Shown one piece after another: positions 1-13,796 of a stretch of 64,000 nt of DNA. Source of the stretch: Trichosphaerium sp. ATCC 40318. Taxonomy: Eukaryota; Protista; Tubulinea. The translations under genes and the position numbers were made by a program. Where the stretch lies: assembly GCA_038496445.1 (NCBI GenBank), contig JALMLS010000453.1, positions 233,875-297,874 on the forward strand, written 5' to 3'. The notes under the pieces were generated by a model. The model was not told the origin of the DNA, made no database searches, and saw nothing but the letters and a program-made list of their open reading frames with translations. Numbering within the stretch: the first letter of the stretch is position 1; each line of letters opens with the position of its first letter.

Positions 1-392
1 CATATACTCAAATGACGAACACCACGTACACTCCTTAGTCCTGAGTCCGTTATGTTTTCATTCTGCCAAAGTACAAGTTGATGAACACCAGAAAGATAAG
101 CTAGATCTTTGTCTGTTGCTTCTGGAAACGATATAAATGATATTTGTGTATTTGAGAGTAGAGGGCTACCACTTAGACGATGGCAATCGTCAGTTGACCG
201 AATATCGATAAAATTGTATCCTATGTGATGGTGGATAACGTCAGCTAATACTTTACAGCTCTGAGCGACCCGGTATCTATCAGATACATCAACAAACGCC
301 AGTAAATGGGCGATTATCTCCAGTGGTATATCGAGCAGCTCAATATCGTCTAATTCTGTCGGTATTTGATAATCAGAGATGAGTTCAGTCAT
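1..392 (-). CDS. F-box/LRR protein (3' part runs off the window)
   Basis: Open frame from ATG at 392 to the window edge: MTELISDYQIPTELDDIELLDIPLEIIAHLLAFVDVSDRYRVAQSCKVL (F-box L..LP.EI...I..FL pattern), then LRR units ...DKDLAYLSGVHQLVLWQNENITDSGLRSVRGVRHLSI. Missing from the ORF track because there is no stop in the window. Confidence 0.8.
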   Translation of the reverse strand, partial: MTELISDYQIPTELDDIELLDIPLEIIAHLLAFVDVSDRYRVAQSCKVLADVIHHHIGYNFIDIRSTDDCHRLSGSPLLSNTQISFISFPEATDKDLAYLSGVHQLVLWQNENITDSGLRSVRGVRHLSI

Positions 393-723
393 AACGTTTG
401 AAGGTTGTTGTGACACACGTGCAAAAAATGTAACCGATTATTTTTGACTTTATTTCTGAGCACATCGATACTTTCGAGTGACACTACTTTCGTCGTGTTT
501 GACCGCGAGAGCTAAACAACAGAAGTAATTTTAATTGCAACCGAATAACACAACTGTCATCATCTGAAACGACATTTTACAGCGCAGTTCATCATTGTAA
601 CAAAACACAGTACGTTGTACACAACAGCTTTTTTCTAAATTAGATGCCTTAAGTAGCAAGCGAGGAAGGCTAATATTCTTTGCATCATAATATAGAGGTT
701 ATTTAGAAGTAGGAATTCACCAC

Positions 724-1809
724 TTACAATACACGCCCATATTTATTGGTTCGTTTTCTTTGCTCAATTAAATTTCCATTTTCATCCCACTGATAGCGAT
801 CTCCTTTTTTTCTACCATGGACATACTTACCCTGCTCTTTTAATTTACCATTAACATGCCACACCTTGAATTGTCCATGTTTTTTATCATGTAAATAGTT
901 ACAGTGTTCTTGCAATTTTCCATTCTTATACCAGCTCTTGAACTCTCCTTGTGCTACATTATTAACGAAATAATGCTTTAGACACATAACTCCGTTCTCA
1001 TACCATTCCTTACTTTCACCATGACGTTTATCATCAACCCACATACACTGTTTCTTAAGTTGTCCACCTTCATACTTGGCATACCAATGTTTTTCTTCTC
1101 CGTCCATTTTACCGTTAATGTAAACATACTGTTTAAGTAATTGACCACTTCCATGGCACCAATATTGACATAACCCATGTTGTACACCATTAGAATACTC
1201 CTCTGTTTTATCTAATCTACCTTTTATCCAGCTCTTACATACTCCGTCTAGTTTATCGTTTCTATACATGTACTGTAGAGCTAAAAGACCTTTCGTATAT
1301 TGTCTCAGGGGACCATTCTTTAACCCTAGAGAATAAACTTCGCTATGAACTAAAGAACCATTGTAAGAATACAAGGTCCATTTTCCTTCTTTTTTCCCAT
1401 TCTTGTAAGCTCCTTCAATTTCTTTTACACCATCTTCAAACCATGTCCTGTATTCACCATGAAGCTTATTATCTTTATAATATGATAGCACATGTTGTCT
1501 TCCATTTGGGTGATATTTTTTTGAAAGTTCCTTCTTCCCGCAATTCCAGTACTCTCGTTGTAGTATAACCTTTCTATCGCTATATTGAATCCATTTGCCG
1601 TGTTTATTGAGGTTGTTATCAAAACGTGTAGTTAAAGCAGCCTTAAGACATAATAAAGGCCATTTAACCGATAGCCACACGTCCAGTTCGATAATATCAA
1701 GTTGAATCTCTACGGGGAGGTCTGTAAGTACAAATCGCTCTTCGAACCCCTAAAAAGAAGCTCAGAAGCATAAAATAGTTCATCACAAAACCTCGTTGGT
1801 TCTGTCCAT
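724..1809 (-). CDS. F-box-like N-terminus plus MORN-variant (YwqK-like) repeat protein
   Basis: ORF 724-1680 has about a dozen G.(K/L)(H/N)G...WY.NG repeats. The frame extends upstream to LTDLPVEIQLDIIELD (F-box-like). A short first exon MDRTNE (ATG ~1809) joins through a GT-AG intron. Confidence 0.75.
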
Positions 1810-2574
1810 CGTGCTGAATAGATACCGTATCTATGTTTCCTTCAGAGAAAATTCCACTTTTTACGTTAAGTAGCACCGATCTTTAAGTTTTTAAAATCAT
1901 ATTCTACCAATCATGAGCTGTTTTGTATGCAACAAAGTACGTGCAAAACCTCCTTCAAACATAATGCTATCCATAATTATAAAACTAACAACTATTGCTG
2001 TTTGAGAAAGATAGTTGTAACAATAAATAACAGGAGAAGGGTGCTTGGAAAACTCAAGGAGATTAAGTGTGTTTATTTAGGTTAATTACAGTTGACCGGC
2101 GTGAGCCAGTCCGTACATTACAAATAAATATCCACTATGGCATGGTGCGTTTGAAAGCTAGTAATGTCCTGTCACCTCCGAAAATAAATTAGTGAAAACC
2201 AACGTAAAAGACAAGCGTTTAAACAATATCCACGGACAAAAAAACAAAATACGTTGATACGATGAACGCTCAAAATAGAGAAACAGATTTGTCAGCGATT
2301 CTGTCTCGGGCAATTTCGATTTCCCCTTTTTGTTTGCCTGAATGGCAAACTAGGTTTGTGATTGTAAGATAATCAAATGTTTCTTTGCAATGGAAATCTT
2401 TGTATGGTGCTGAAGCAGAAATACATGCGTGTGGTAATGGTTTATCCATCTGCCGCGCGTGTATAGCACAAACTACATGCTACAAAAACTGAAAAGTTTT
2501 TCATTGATACTGATTTATTGTGATATTAAGAGCCAGCTAGTCTGTCTGTTCTACAAGTTACATTCCGTGTGTGC

Positions 2575-5500
2575 TCAATTTGGACTTACAACAACATTTT
2601 GATTTCTAGCAGTAATAGAAGGTCCATCTGGTCTTTTTGGACCTCCCATCACGTTAACACCATCTCTAGTAGAAGCATCTTCTTGCTTGGTATCACTTGA
2701 CATTGTTACACCTGGAGAAGTATTCGATTGAGGTGTATCAGAAGTCTAAACAAGAATATGTAAGAACAAATCATAGCACAAGCCAAAAAAAATGAAATTA
2801 AAGGGAATGTATAACTCTCTTCTTCCTTCTACGTACATGAACATCTTGTTTCTTTGTTGCATAAACTACTCCACCAATTGCAGCAGCTACAACAGCAATA
2901 CCGACAACAGATCCTACAGCGATACCGGCAATAGCGCCAGCACCAAGACCACCAGAGGCAGCGGCTGCACCAGCACCACCAACTGCAGTAACAGCTACAG
3001 CTGGAGTTGCAGCAGCAACAGGTACAGACGACACCGCAACTAGTCAAAAAGTTAGTTGTCGTTTACTGTAAATAAAATAGTGTTCACTTACTTGATGAAG
3101 GAACAATACCACTTGCAGAAGCAATGTTTGAGCCAGATGTGATGATGTTTTGTAAATTCGAAACAATTGATATTGAAGATACACTCTTAGTACCAACAAC
3201 AGTCACTGAAACAGCTGTTGTTGCACCTGCAGCAGCTTGTCTTTTTGATGAAGTACATCCAGAGCCAACCAAGGTCATATCTGAAAGTTGATCTTCTGTG
3301 ATACCAAGCATTGTAATGAGACGTTCTCGCACAAATACTTCTGATGGACAACCGGAAATAACAAACTCAAGTTTTGACTCTGTAAGGAGTAAAACGTCCT
3401 TAAAGAAAGCAGAACCTTGACCACATAATCCAACACCACCGCCATCTGGGCTGATAGTAAATGTGTAATCATAGACCTTTACAAAGAAACATTAGATGAC
3501 AATTTGGGTTTGTTATATAGCATACGAAGTTAGTTCCAGCGATAGTAGTTTGGGTTCGTGTCCCGCCAGCAGCTTCCACTGACATTGTAATATCTTTCCA
3601 CTCGCCTACTGCCCAATCTACAGTTTGGTAATCCAATGCACCCTATGAAACAGTTACACTTCTCAAACCCGTCTTTCTACTTTTTTTCGTACACGTCGAC
3701 CCCAGTAGTATGTTTGACCAACTCTCATTTGGGTACTGCTCTCAGGTTCAATGTACAACATCAGTATAGCGTCTGGGAATTGTGTATTACCCATACTACA
3801 AAGATAAATCAATAAACAAAGCCTGTTAGTCAGCACTTACCCATATCCAATAGCAGCAAAAGTGGTTTCATCGCTTCTTAGAACAGATACAGCAATAGTC
3901 ATGGTACCACCAGGAAGGATTTCTTCAGTACTACGAATTTAAAGTTAGAACATTGAACAACTGCTGAAACATCTAAAAGCTAAAACGTACCCTTCCCATC
4001 GGATGCAATGTGGACTTGGTGCGTTTACTAAATCAATAGAATTCTGGGTAGAGGCTTCTTGAAATATTCTTGAAAAAAATAAATAAGAACACACGTGATT
4101 TTGTAAACAAGTATTGCTTAAAAAACCCAAACCATGTTAGTTACCTCCAATTGGCATCTGATCCTATTTTAAACGTTTTAAAAGATGGTTTCTCATTGAT
4201 AGGTTTTGGGTTGCAGTCTATTCCATCTCCTTCGTATCCAGTTACGCATTTACATTGTGGAGTTGATCCAGATAGATCGCATGTCGCTTGAGCATGACAT
4301 CCTTGACATGTGACACATTGGAAGTTTGAACACATTTCACCACTTACACAATCACCACAAACATGTCCAGGACATTCAGTAACGCCACCACACTCAATGT
4401 TTCTTGTTGTACAAAGTTCATCACATTCTGCGGGTGTGAGTGGATCAGGTGGTCTAAATACAGTTTTAGTATTAATCGAACTACACTTTTGGATCATACG
4501 GTGTAACACAAAGATTATTTTCACATTCTTGGCCTGCCTGGCAATTTCCGCAATCGAGAGTAGTTCCACATCCGTCATTAAGCATACCACAAGCTCCAGA
4601 ACAAGTATTGGATGGAATACACTCACAACGACCTGTACAAAAATTAGTACTTCTTTACCTCACATAACAAGAAAAGAACATTGGCTATAAAAGAATGTTG
4701 TCTACCTTCAGAAGAGCACGTGTTTGGACCACTACAAGATCCACAAGAAATATCTTCACATCCATCAAAAGCAGAACCACAATTCTGTCCTCGTTCTGTA
4801 CATACATTTGGATTACGGGTATTTGTGCATTCAAAGTCTATTCATTATTAGAATGAAATGCTATCTAGCTGTTGTAGTATTTTTGTTACTTACTACACTG
4901 GTCTACAGCAAATGGTCTTGCGTTGTAATTTTGGAATCGAGTGAATGCGCAATACATGAGGTGTCTGTCACCACATTGACGTTGGCTACATGCCATTTTG
5001 GTCTGGCTGTCAGAAACAATGATCCTTGCAAATAAAAATGTTAGATTCAAAATGAAAAAAAAGAAGATGGCTGTTTGAGGCTTTGTACGTACTTGTATCG
5101 CCATATGTAGTAATTTGCATTACCATCAGATGTATCAATTACATCAGTTTCGCAAGTCCATAAATGTTTTTTCTCTATTATCGTGGCAAGTTCATCAGCA
5201 ATGTTAAACTCACTATTACCATTTTCGTTTATATCGCCACCAATTGAAGGACGTTTCAGGCTTTCGGTGCAAGTGGTCAGGTATTCGTTAACTTGGGAAA
5301 GTAAATCTGTGTCCCATTCAACCGCATTAAGACCATATAAAGCTCTACAAAAAGGTGTTAATAAAAATAAGATTTTAAGGGACTAAAATCACTTTGAGTA
5401 CCTTTCATCATTTACAACTTGAAGAATATCTTGAGGAAATCCAGGTATAACCTCACACTTATCATTTCTACATTGACTTCCTGAAGCACAAGTACCACAA

Positions 5501-7651
5501 CCGTCGCTGTTACCGCAAGCGTCTGGACCACATTCTTTGGTACCACATTGTTGATCACATGGAACACATTGTCCATTCTTACATTCGTTAAGGCCTTGAC
5601 AGACTCCACATGACCTTCCAACACAGTTACTCGGACCACATTCTGTTGTTCCACAAGAAACAGTGCATCCTGAGTCAAAATCGACAAGGCAATTAATTGA
5701 ACTGATATGAGCACAAGCTGCAGTTCTACTATTTTGGGAGAAGCGATCATAGTCTGTCGAACTAAACAAAAAGTTAGCTCAAAAAAACCCAAGAACTTTT
5801 TTCGGGTTTGGAAAAAGAGAACGTACTCTCTGTTGTTTACACTTGGAAACATGATACCTATAATATATTGGTACGAAAGGTTGATTGTCTAAGGTAAATC
5901 CTAAATAGCTTACCTCCATTAGTGTCATCATGTGAGCAATCGAAGTTGTGACCAGTTTCATGACCAACAACACGATGAGCTGAATGTCGACTATTCAAGT
6001 GATTGGAAATACCTGAACCAACATTCTAGCACTATGTTACCAGTGAAACAAACTTGGTTTGCATACCGTTCTACATATGGTACCGACCCAAGCGAGTCCA
6101 ATAGTACCAGGAGATGGATAACAATTTGTCATGAGATGAAGAAGACCTGCATCAGGTTTGTTGTCTTGTTTCCATGCCGAGACTTGATCCAGTTTTGTTT
6201 CGATACCAGGACAACTGTTACCGAGTGTATTCCAATCTGGACCGCCAGGTGATTCGTTGATTTGAAGGGATTCAATTGTGAGATGAACATTCTATATTAC
6301 ACATTAGGACTAGTAATACAACTTGAAGGACAAAATCAAAACATGAGTGAAGAAAATAGCTTCAAAAAGCGTACAAATTCTCTTTCGTAGTACACGTTCA
6401 TATCCATCCATACTAAAGTTGAAATGAACTTTAACACAACGACACAAAAACACAAAAAGTTACCTTGTTCAATGTAGTCTGTCGCTTGTTGTGCTCCACC
6501 CACCACTGCAACAAACCCAGCATCTGTAACAACAGCCTAATTTAACTTTAACTACCTAAAACTAGTCAAGGGGTTACTTACCTGCATTAATTGTTTATTT
6601 GTTTGAGGACAAGGAGATGGCGCTGCAGATACCAGAGCTGGAACTATTGATTGGTCTTCAATGCTCCTGACGAGAAACCAATAAGTACCGCAAGTTGTTA
6701 CGTTTGGTGTAAATTACCTTTTAGGCATAACACTATGTTTATGTTCTCCAGTGCCGCATAAATGTTCACGTGTGTCTGGATCCATCATGCTTTCTCTAAA
6801 AAACAAAGTTAGCATTGGTTGGTTGGGTTATAAATAGTCAGTACCTGATGAGTACATATTTCCCTTCAGCAAGCTTTTCTACATGTCTCTTGCTCATAAA
6901 AGACTTGTGGCTAAGAAAACGGGTAAATTTTTAATTCGAGCGACGAAAACTCAATTTGAGTTTGTATTATCACGTGACGAAAACGGATAAGAAACAAAAC
7001 CACATACATGCGAAAAGTCACGTGAGAATTCATTTTTGAATACAAAAAATGCAGAAAGTTAAAAGCACGTGACAATGCAAAAATTGGCGTACTTGGAAGC
7101 AAGGTCAAATACAACTCTATCGCCATTAATGACAAAAGCACCTGAGAAGGTACCATCCTCATGAGCGATAAAACGGAGATCTTGGTGATTGCTTCCAATA
7201 CCCTTGTATCCATTTCTGGGTGGAGGGTAACTCGTAATTGTTCCATTGACTTGTACTTCAATCTAAAATACATCGTTTTAGGCAGAAAAAAGCTTTACGA
7301 GCGCTACCACCAACTTACCTCTGCATCAGGACCAAAAACAGAATAAGATCTGACTCGGAATACTTTCTTTTCATTGTTTGCTTTATGGATTACGAAACGT
7401 CTTTCAATACCACCACTGCGCTTGGAGAAGCGCGCTGGAGAAAGTTCCACTAGAATAAATTTGTAAGTATCAAAGTTTTGTAAAAGTGCTTGTGGAGTTC
7501 TAAGTCGTTTTTACTTGTAAACAACACGCATGTAGAAAAGTTTTAGCGTACTTTTGTAAGCAACATCATAATCATTCACTCTATCCCAGTACGCCTGTTC
7601 GTAACATGAAACAGATATTACAACAAGGCACAAAGCCAGGAGTTTCAACAT
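2575..7651 (-). CDS. Membrane-anchored M12B (reprolysin/ADAM-like) metalloprotease with CAP, Cys-rich and EGF domains, copy 1 (inverted)
   Basis: Multi-exon gene. Signal peptide MLKLLALCLVVISVS, prodomain with a Cys-switch-like YSCG, zinc motif HETGHNFDCSHD, Met-turn GIMFP, Cys-rich repeats, CAP-like segment (LQVVNDER..YGLNAVEWD...MACSQRQC...MYC), EGF (CHAQATC..CKCVTGYEGDG), beta-rich domain, TM GAIAGIAVGSVVGIAVVAAAIGGVVY, tail ending VVVSPN*. Confidence 0.85.
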
Positions 7652-9549
7652 TGTTGAAGAGATACTTGTGCTGTTTTGTGTTGGAATAATTAATGTATTG
7701 TTCACAAGTCCAGGAACTAGCGTCGCTACCAAAGTGTGTACATATCACTGAGCGCCGTCATGGCATTTTCTTATTACTATCGCGAGCATATAAGAAATTC
7801 GCCTGTAAATAGCTTGGGTTGCGAATATGTTATCGTCGAATATTTTTTGTTTAAAACACTGTATGAAAGCGATACAAGGCCAATAAATAAGTTGTCTGAA
7901 GTAGCTTTCTTTATATCGCTGTATTTGCGACATTGCCTCTTGTGGCCATATAATCATAAGTATACTGTTGATAGAACATTGTTTGATATTCCTTTTCCAC
8001 TCACAATATATATTCTGCTTTCTGTGGTCTCTGTACGCGCGAATTGAGTTATTCTGTAATAACGCTAAAAACCTGCCAAATCATTTATGGAATCTCTTGG
8101 CCTTACAGGCGCATGTTCTGTTTTTTCTGAAATCACGTGCGCAATGTATAGTGCAGCGCACTTCGGCAGGCGAATCTGATGGTTGGAAAAACGCGAAATT
8201 GGCCGAAAGTGTAAATAAATAACCTCATTTTTTGCGCGTAGACTTGTACAACTTTGCTATCGTATCCTACATTAAATTAGAAAGCTTGTGTGGGCTTTTA
8301 ACAAAATGGTAGTTCGACAAAGGAAAAAAATACGGTAATAAGTAGTCGCTATAATAATAAGTAGTACCATGCCTGTAAAGAGGCGCCAAAAGGGTTTTTT
8401 AGGATCACGTGACAAACATCAGGTATTTTTTTTTTTTTACACAAAGTAAGCCGTTATGGCATTGTTCTTTGTGACTTGTAGAGCTCCAAGTTGGCTGAGA
8501 AGCGAGTGGTAACCACCTTGACAAAAAAAGTTAGTTCGAGGTTAAAAACACTCAGGAGATACTATTTGTAGTTCCGTTTTGGAAGCTGGGCAAAAGCAAA
8601 CTCTAACGTAGTCTATTTTGAAGGCCTTTAGACAAAAATTTTGGTGTTTGTAAAGAGTTTTAGCCAAATACGCGAACGTACGTGTGGACATCATAATAGT
8701 CGTTGTCTCTTATCGCAGTCGGCCTGTAAGACGTAACAAGCTACCAATAGTTTCCTACAATAAGATATTAAGCCAAGAGTGTGGAGTGTTGAATGAGAAG
8801 AAGGAGAAGCTGTTTTTGTAAGTAATATTAACCACAAAATAAAAAGTACACACAACTTGTAACGACTAGCGTGCTAGCTTTTATACTAATATAACGTACG
8901 CCCAGGTCACAGGCATAGACGAAGGTACGTTTTACCATTTAAAACGCACAACTAACAAAAAAGAAAATGCCATACATACAAACTTCATCTAATGAAGTAC
9001 GGAGATGTGTTGATTTGTTGGGTGAATTAGCTTTGTTTAAATCGCTGTATTTACGACACAGCCGTCTTATATACGTACAATATGGTGGAACCTTATACGA
9101 CACAATCTATTGTTGTGCTATACCATTGTTTTCCAGAATACTTAGCGTTGTCCGAATTTCGTTTTAAGTTGGCAAAACAATCACGTGATTTTTTTTTCGA
9201 AATCAATAACAAAGCTCGCACATCCGCAAATACATGGCGAAAGCAATCAAGCTAAATGTTGCTGTCATAATTATTGAATACCAAGACCGAAGCTACGTGA
9301 ACTGAGCATGATTCGCCAGCCTCATGCGACTTTATTAATGAATACAGTTTCTCTTTCTTTGATTTTATACAAGGGCATGATTGTCTTTGCATAGCTGTAG
9401 GTAGACGTCCTTATATGACAGCCATGACGCTACTTACACTAAACATGTATTTTTAGGTGCTAATATAGTGCACATACCAACTACCCTGTGACAAAAAGAG
9501 GCAAACGTAGAACTGCTTCGAACGCTGTTTATTTTGTGCTATTGGCTCA

Positions 9550-12179
9550 CTAGTCAACACGTTAAGAAACTGAAAACCTGGGAGATATCTTCTTCATCCC
9601 CAACGGTGTCATACATGATTAAAAACGTTCAGAAACTGCCTGTTATATTAGGGAAAATTCTTCTTGATTTCAGAAAAGAAGAAGTTCGGAAAGTACACGA
9701 CACTGGCGGTTCACAATACAACGTATTTCCTTCACTACTATCACTGTAATAATTTAAAATATAACTATATTAAGTAAGAGCGGCGGTTAGTGTACAAGGT
9801 TATTAGGTTTAGACACAGCATGGCGTACGTTATCTTTTTTCTAGTAGTAAATTCTATTTTGTCACTACACAGCGCTTTCCTGTTGATATTTGTCGGTGTT
9901 TACGGCTATAACAAACTAAAATAACGTTTTTAGGGAGGAAAAAATAGATATCACATGTTTATTCACGTGCGACGCCGCGGAAGGAGTAGGTGAGCGTCTT
10001 TTTTGTATTGGGAGTTTTTTTTTTCCCCGTTAAAATTATTTGTCGATTTCTCTATCACGTGATTATATATCGAGATGCGATCCCTAGATCTCGATCTTTG
10101 GCTATTTTTATGTGTATTTAAGGTTATTATTCTAGATTTCTCAAAGGACTCCGCGATACCATTGCCTTGTTATTATTCTTCACTTCGTGACAAGTTAAAA
10201 GAATTGGGCGAATGTAGAAGAAATAAAATTATAAAGTGTATTGATTATAAAGACGTTGATGATGAGTTTGTGCGTATAGACCACGAGAAAGGTAAGTAAA
10301 TATGTTCGAATTGTTAAATTTAGTGTGTTATTCATGTTCGATGTAGATTGGGAGAACGCTTTGAAGCACATACAAAGGAACAAAATGACAATCTATTTAA
10401 AGATTTCTTATGATCTCATTCCCCAAAAGTTCTTGGATTTACAATCAGACTTGAATATTATACCGTATTCTGATTTCTCGGGTATAACAAGTATAAATGA
10501 AGGAGCATATGGAGCAGTTTATAAGGCGCAAAATATTACAGGTAAGGACTGAAAACGTTGTCAACTTTTAACCGAAAAAAAAAAAGGTGATGATGTTGCA
10601 ATGAAGAAGGTGAAGCAAGCTTTTTCGCTTAAATCTGATGAATTAAATAAAGCACAAAAAGACCTCTTCGAAGAGCTTAAAATACACAGGTAAGATGATA
10701 TAGGTTTCCATATAAACAAATTACTTTTTTTTTTCTTTATCGCTAATTTTAAAAGTAAGCTAGATGATCCAAACATAGTCAGATTCATCGGTGTCAGTAT
10801 GAGCGATGGTATATTACATATAATTAATGAGTATATGGAACATGGATGTCTTTCTGCGTTCCTTGAGAAGCATAGAAGGGACCTCTGTCCTACAATGTCT
10901 ATACATGTAGGTTTTGGTTTTTTTTTCGTAGCTAAACAACTTTGTCACGTGCAAATTTTTCTTTTTAGATAGCCACAGAGATTGCAAAAGGGATGAAGTA
11001 CCTCCACCTGCGAAATTCCCAAATTTTACATAGAGGTACGAGTACAAATGATTGAATCACTACAATCTTTTTTGACATATTTCCAGATTTGAATTCTGGT
11101 AATGTGCTTCTGGCAGGACCAATAGAACATTTGAGGGTATGTATTTCAGACTTTGGTTTATCTAGAGTATTACAGAATACAACTACAAGCAATTGGTATG
11201 CACTAAAAAACCTGACTTAAGGAAGATGTTCGAACTAGTTTTATTTAATACTTTCTTTATTCAATGACGCTTGTAGGTATTCTAAGTCTCGTTGTCATGA
11301 AGGATATATGCCTCCTGAGATTGTGAATTACAAAAGCGGCACAGACGTACCGTATAACAGTAGTGGTGATGTCTACGCTTACGGTATTTTAATGTATGAA
11401 ATATGGACTGGAGAAGCACCTTGGGCACGTGTAACAACCTCCGAATGGCAGAAAAAGGTACCATATAAACTTGATTATATGCTAGCTGATGCGCTAAATT
11501 TGAGGTTGCGAGTGGAGATCAATTTGATGATCCTAAAAACGCACCTGTTTGGTGGAATCGATTGACAAGGAATTGCATACAACAATTAAAAAAAGGTGGG
11601 AACTTTTGGTTTAAAAAATTAAATGATGCACTAACGTGTCTTATTAAGGACGGCACAGGCCTGCCTTCAAAGAGATAGTGTCGGTTTTAGAGCCTATTAA
11701 CAAGGCGTTTCCTTCGTCTATTGCGTACAAAGTTTGGGATAACTTCAAAGAAGGAAAGAACAAAGTGTTTGTTTTGTATGTCGCTTTTAAGCTAAGTCAT
11801 CAAGTTCTTTGTTGACGCTTTATTTAGCATTCTAATGGAAGGTAAACAACAATACAACTTATACTTTCAACAAATGAATACGGTTAAAAAACTGACCGTT
11901 GAAAGTATACGAATAGGTAAGTGCAAAGAAAGCAAAGCTGTGACTTTTCCCATTTTTTTCTGGAATAATCTTTAACTCTTTATGAAGGTAAAGAGTCTCA
12001 TATCAACATTACAGCAACTTGTGAAAATAAAAGGTATCAGCTATCTTCTTTTTTTTGTAATTTTAAAGTAAGAGCTAACACATCCGCATAGTTCAGTATT
12101 TAAAGGAAAGGATTTGAAGAGGCCAGCAAGATGGGTAAAATATCTTAATGTATTAGCCAAAAATAAAATTAAACGCTAA
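9550..12179 (+). CDS. TKL-group protein kinase with a C-terminal PH-like region (5' end uncertain)
   Basis: Spliced exons give INEGAYGAVYKA, VAMKK, DPNIVRFIG, EYMEHG, ILHR|DLNSGNVL, DFGLSR, YMPPE, DVYAYGILMYEIWTGEAPW, RPAFKEI. The C-terminus ends ...PARWVKYLNVLAKNKIKR*. Upstream exons may reach ~8300. Confidence 0.8.
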
Positions 12180-12643
12180 CACACATGCCCAACAGTATTA
12201 TTGTAGTAACAACAGTCTTGTCTTTATTTTGGTGTAATGGCAGTTCCCTTTTGGCATTGTCGGTTAGACTCTTTTTGAAAAACTGATGAGTGAAATCCAC
12301 CCATTTAGGTCAAGGTTATTGAATTAAGATGTACTAAAATCTTCGTACTGTTAATGTGATTGAAAACAAAAAAAAAATGCTTTTGTTTGATAATGTACGT
12401 TAATCGTCAGCGATCAGATAGTTATTTTGGATGTAATCGCTCCTTACACTTATTAGGATAAGGTAACTAGAAGATGAGTTGAGGCCTATTTTCTCAAATT
12501 GGTCATTGCTGTAGTTAATGTTGAACGCTGTTTGAGCCAGTTTTAGCTTTTATGCATTAGAATATCCAAAAGATGACCCCAGGCCTTGTTATTGTTAAAC
12601 TTTTGTTGCAATAAATCTAATATATTATTTGATATACATTTCT

Positions 12644-13796
12644 CTATGATTGGTCTGTTAACTCTGTGTCTGGTTCAGATGAATTCCAGTCTTGCGATGC
12701 AAGTTCGTATGAATTTCCATCTTCCTTTTTCCTCATCTTTCTGGCAATCTAAAATGTAGTTAGAATACACTCAATTTTACCACTAAAATACAGTAAAAAG
12801 CATAACTCATATTACAAACGGCATAGTTAATTTCAGAAAGAAGAACGAATGCAAACATTTTCGGATCGTTAACGATAAAAAAAATCATAAAGAACTCTTT
12901 GCTTACAGCATAGATTATCATAGCAAGAGCAATTCCGAGAGCAATACCCATAACGCCTGTAAGTATTATAACTATAACCCATATACTTATCCCATTCGCT
13001 GATGGCTGGGTGCCTTCAGAGCAAATTTTATAATTCTCCTAAGTTGCTATGTTATTTGTAGGTAAGTCGTAAAAAAACTTCTAAAAACAGCGTAGCATTG
13101 CGCGTGTTAACGACTTGCCATTATAATGCACCCTGGTCTATCTACCGTGCTAGGAATAGCAGGGGATTTATGCGTAATACAAGTGATCTCTTCAGCCTAA
13201 AACAAACATTTAAACTACGCACGTGCCTGTAAAACCTAGAATCACGTGACAAATTCAAAAAACGAAACGGTATCGAAAAAAAAAAAAGTATCGGTTTACC
13301 GTAGTGTCTATCGTCTTTCCTATTACTACTGCATCGTATACGCCCAAATACGATAAAGAGTAAACTCCAGAAGCTCCTGTAGCATAAAACAGTATTTTTT
13401 GTCCTTTCGTAACGGCATTTAGACAATCACCGCTACCAACGCCATGAGAAGAGAACCCAGATACCTAACACAATCCAAAAACAAATTAACATAAGCACTA
13501 AATTAAAACATACACGCACAGTTATTTCTTCGGCTGTACATCCTTTGTAAAGCTCTACGACGGATAATAAAGCAGTTGCTTCGAATCGACTTGATGTATT
13601 TACGGAAACAACCGTTGCTAAGCCAATAACTGTCGCTTTGTTTACGCGATCCTTTGTGGTATAATGAGGCGCTAGTAATGCTATCACAAACGAGGAAAAA
13701 CATTGTAGTTCTGCTAAGGACAATGTACATACCGTTATGAGGAGGTCTACAAGATAATACATAAGCAACCAATAACAAGATACCAAAGGCACGCAT
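12644..13796 (-). CDS. Type I membrane protein with an NtA (N-terminal agrin)/TIMP-like OB-fold ectodomain
   Basis: Spliced: signal MRAFGILLLVAYVLS, mature CRPPHN..TTKDRVNKATVIGLATVVSV..ALLSVVELYKGC..ITVSGF..GDCLNAVTKGQKILFYA. This follows the NtA pattern V..YLKG...V.SGF...C.N.V..G...IFF. TM ISMGIVIILTGVMGIALGIALAMIIYA; short tail ending ELTDQS*. Confidence 0.7.

Noticed and set aside
2829-3047. Metallothionein-like Cys-rich ORFs (also 20454-20672)
   Set aside because: Off-frame readings of the GCT/GGT/GTT-rich Ala/Gly/Val transmembrane exon.
8300-9500. Possible upstream kinase exons or separate gene; short similarity between ~7915 and ~9040
   Set aside because: No consistent model or recognisable domain; the similarity is too short to interpret.
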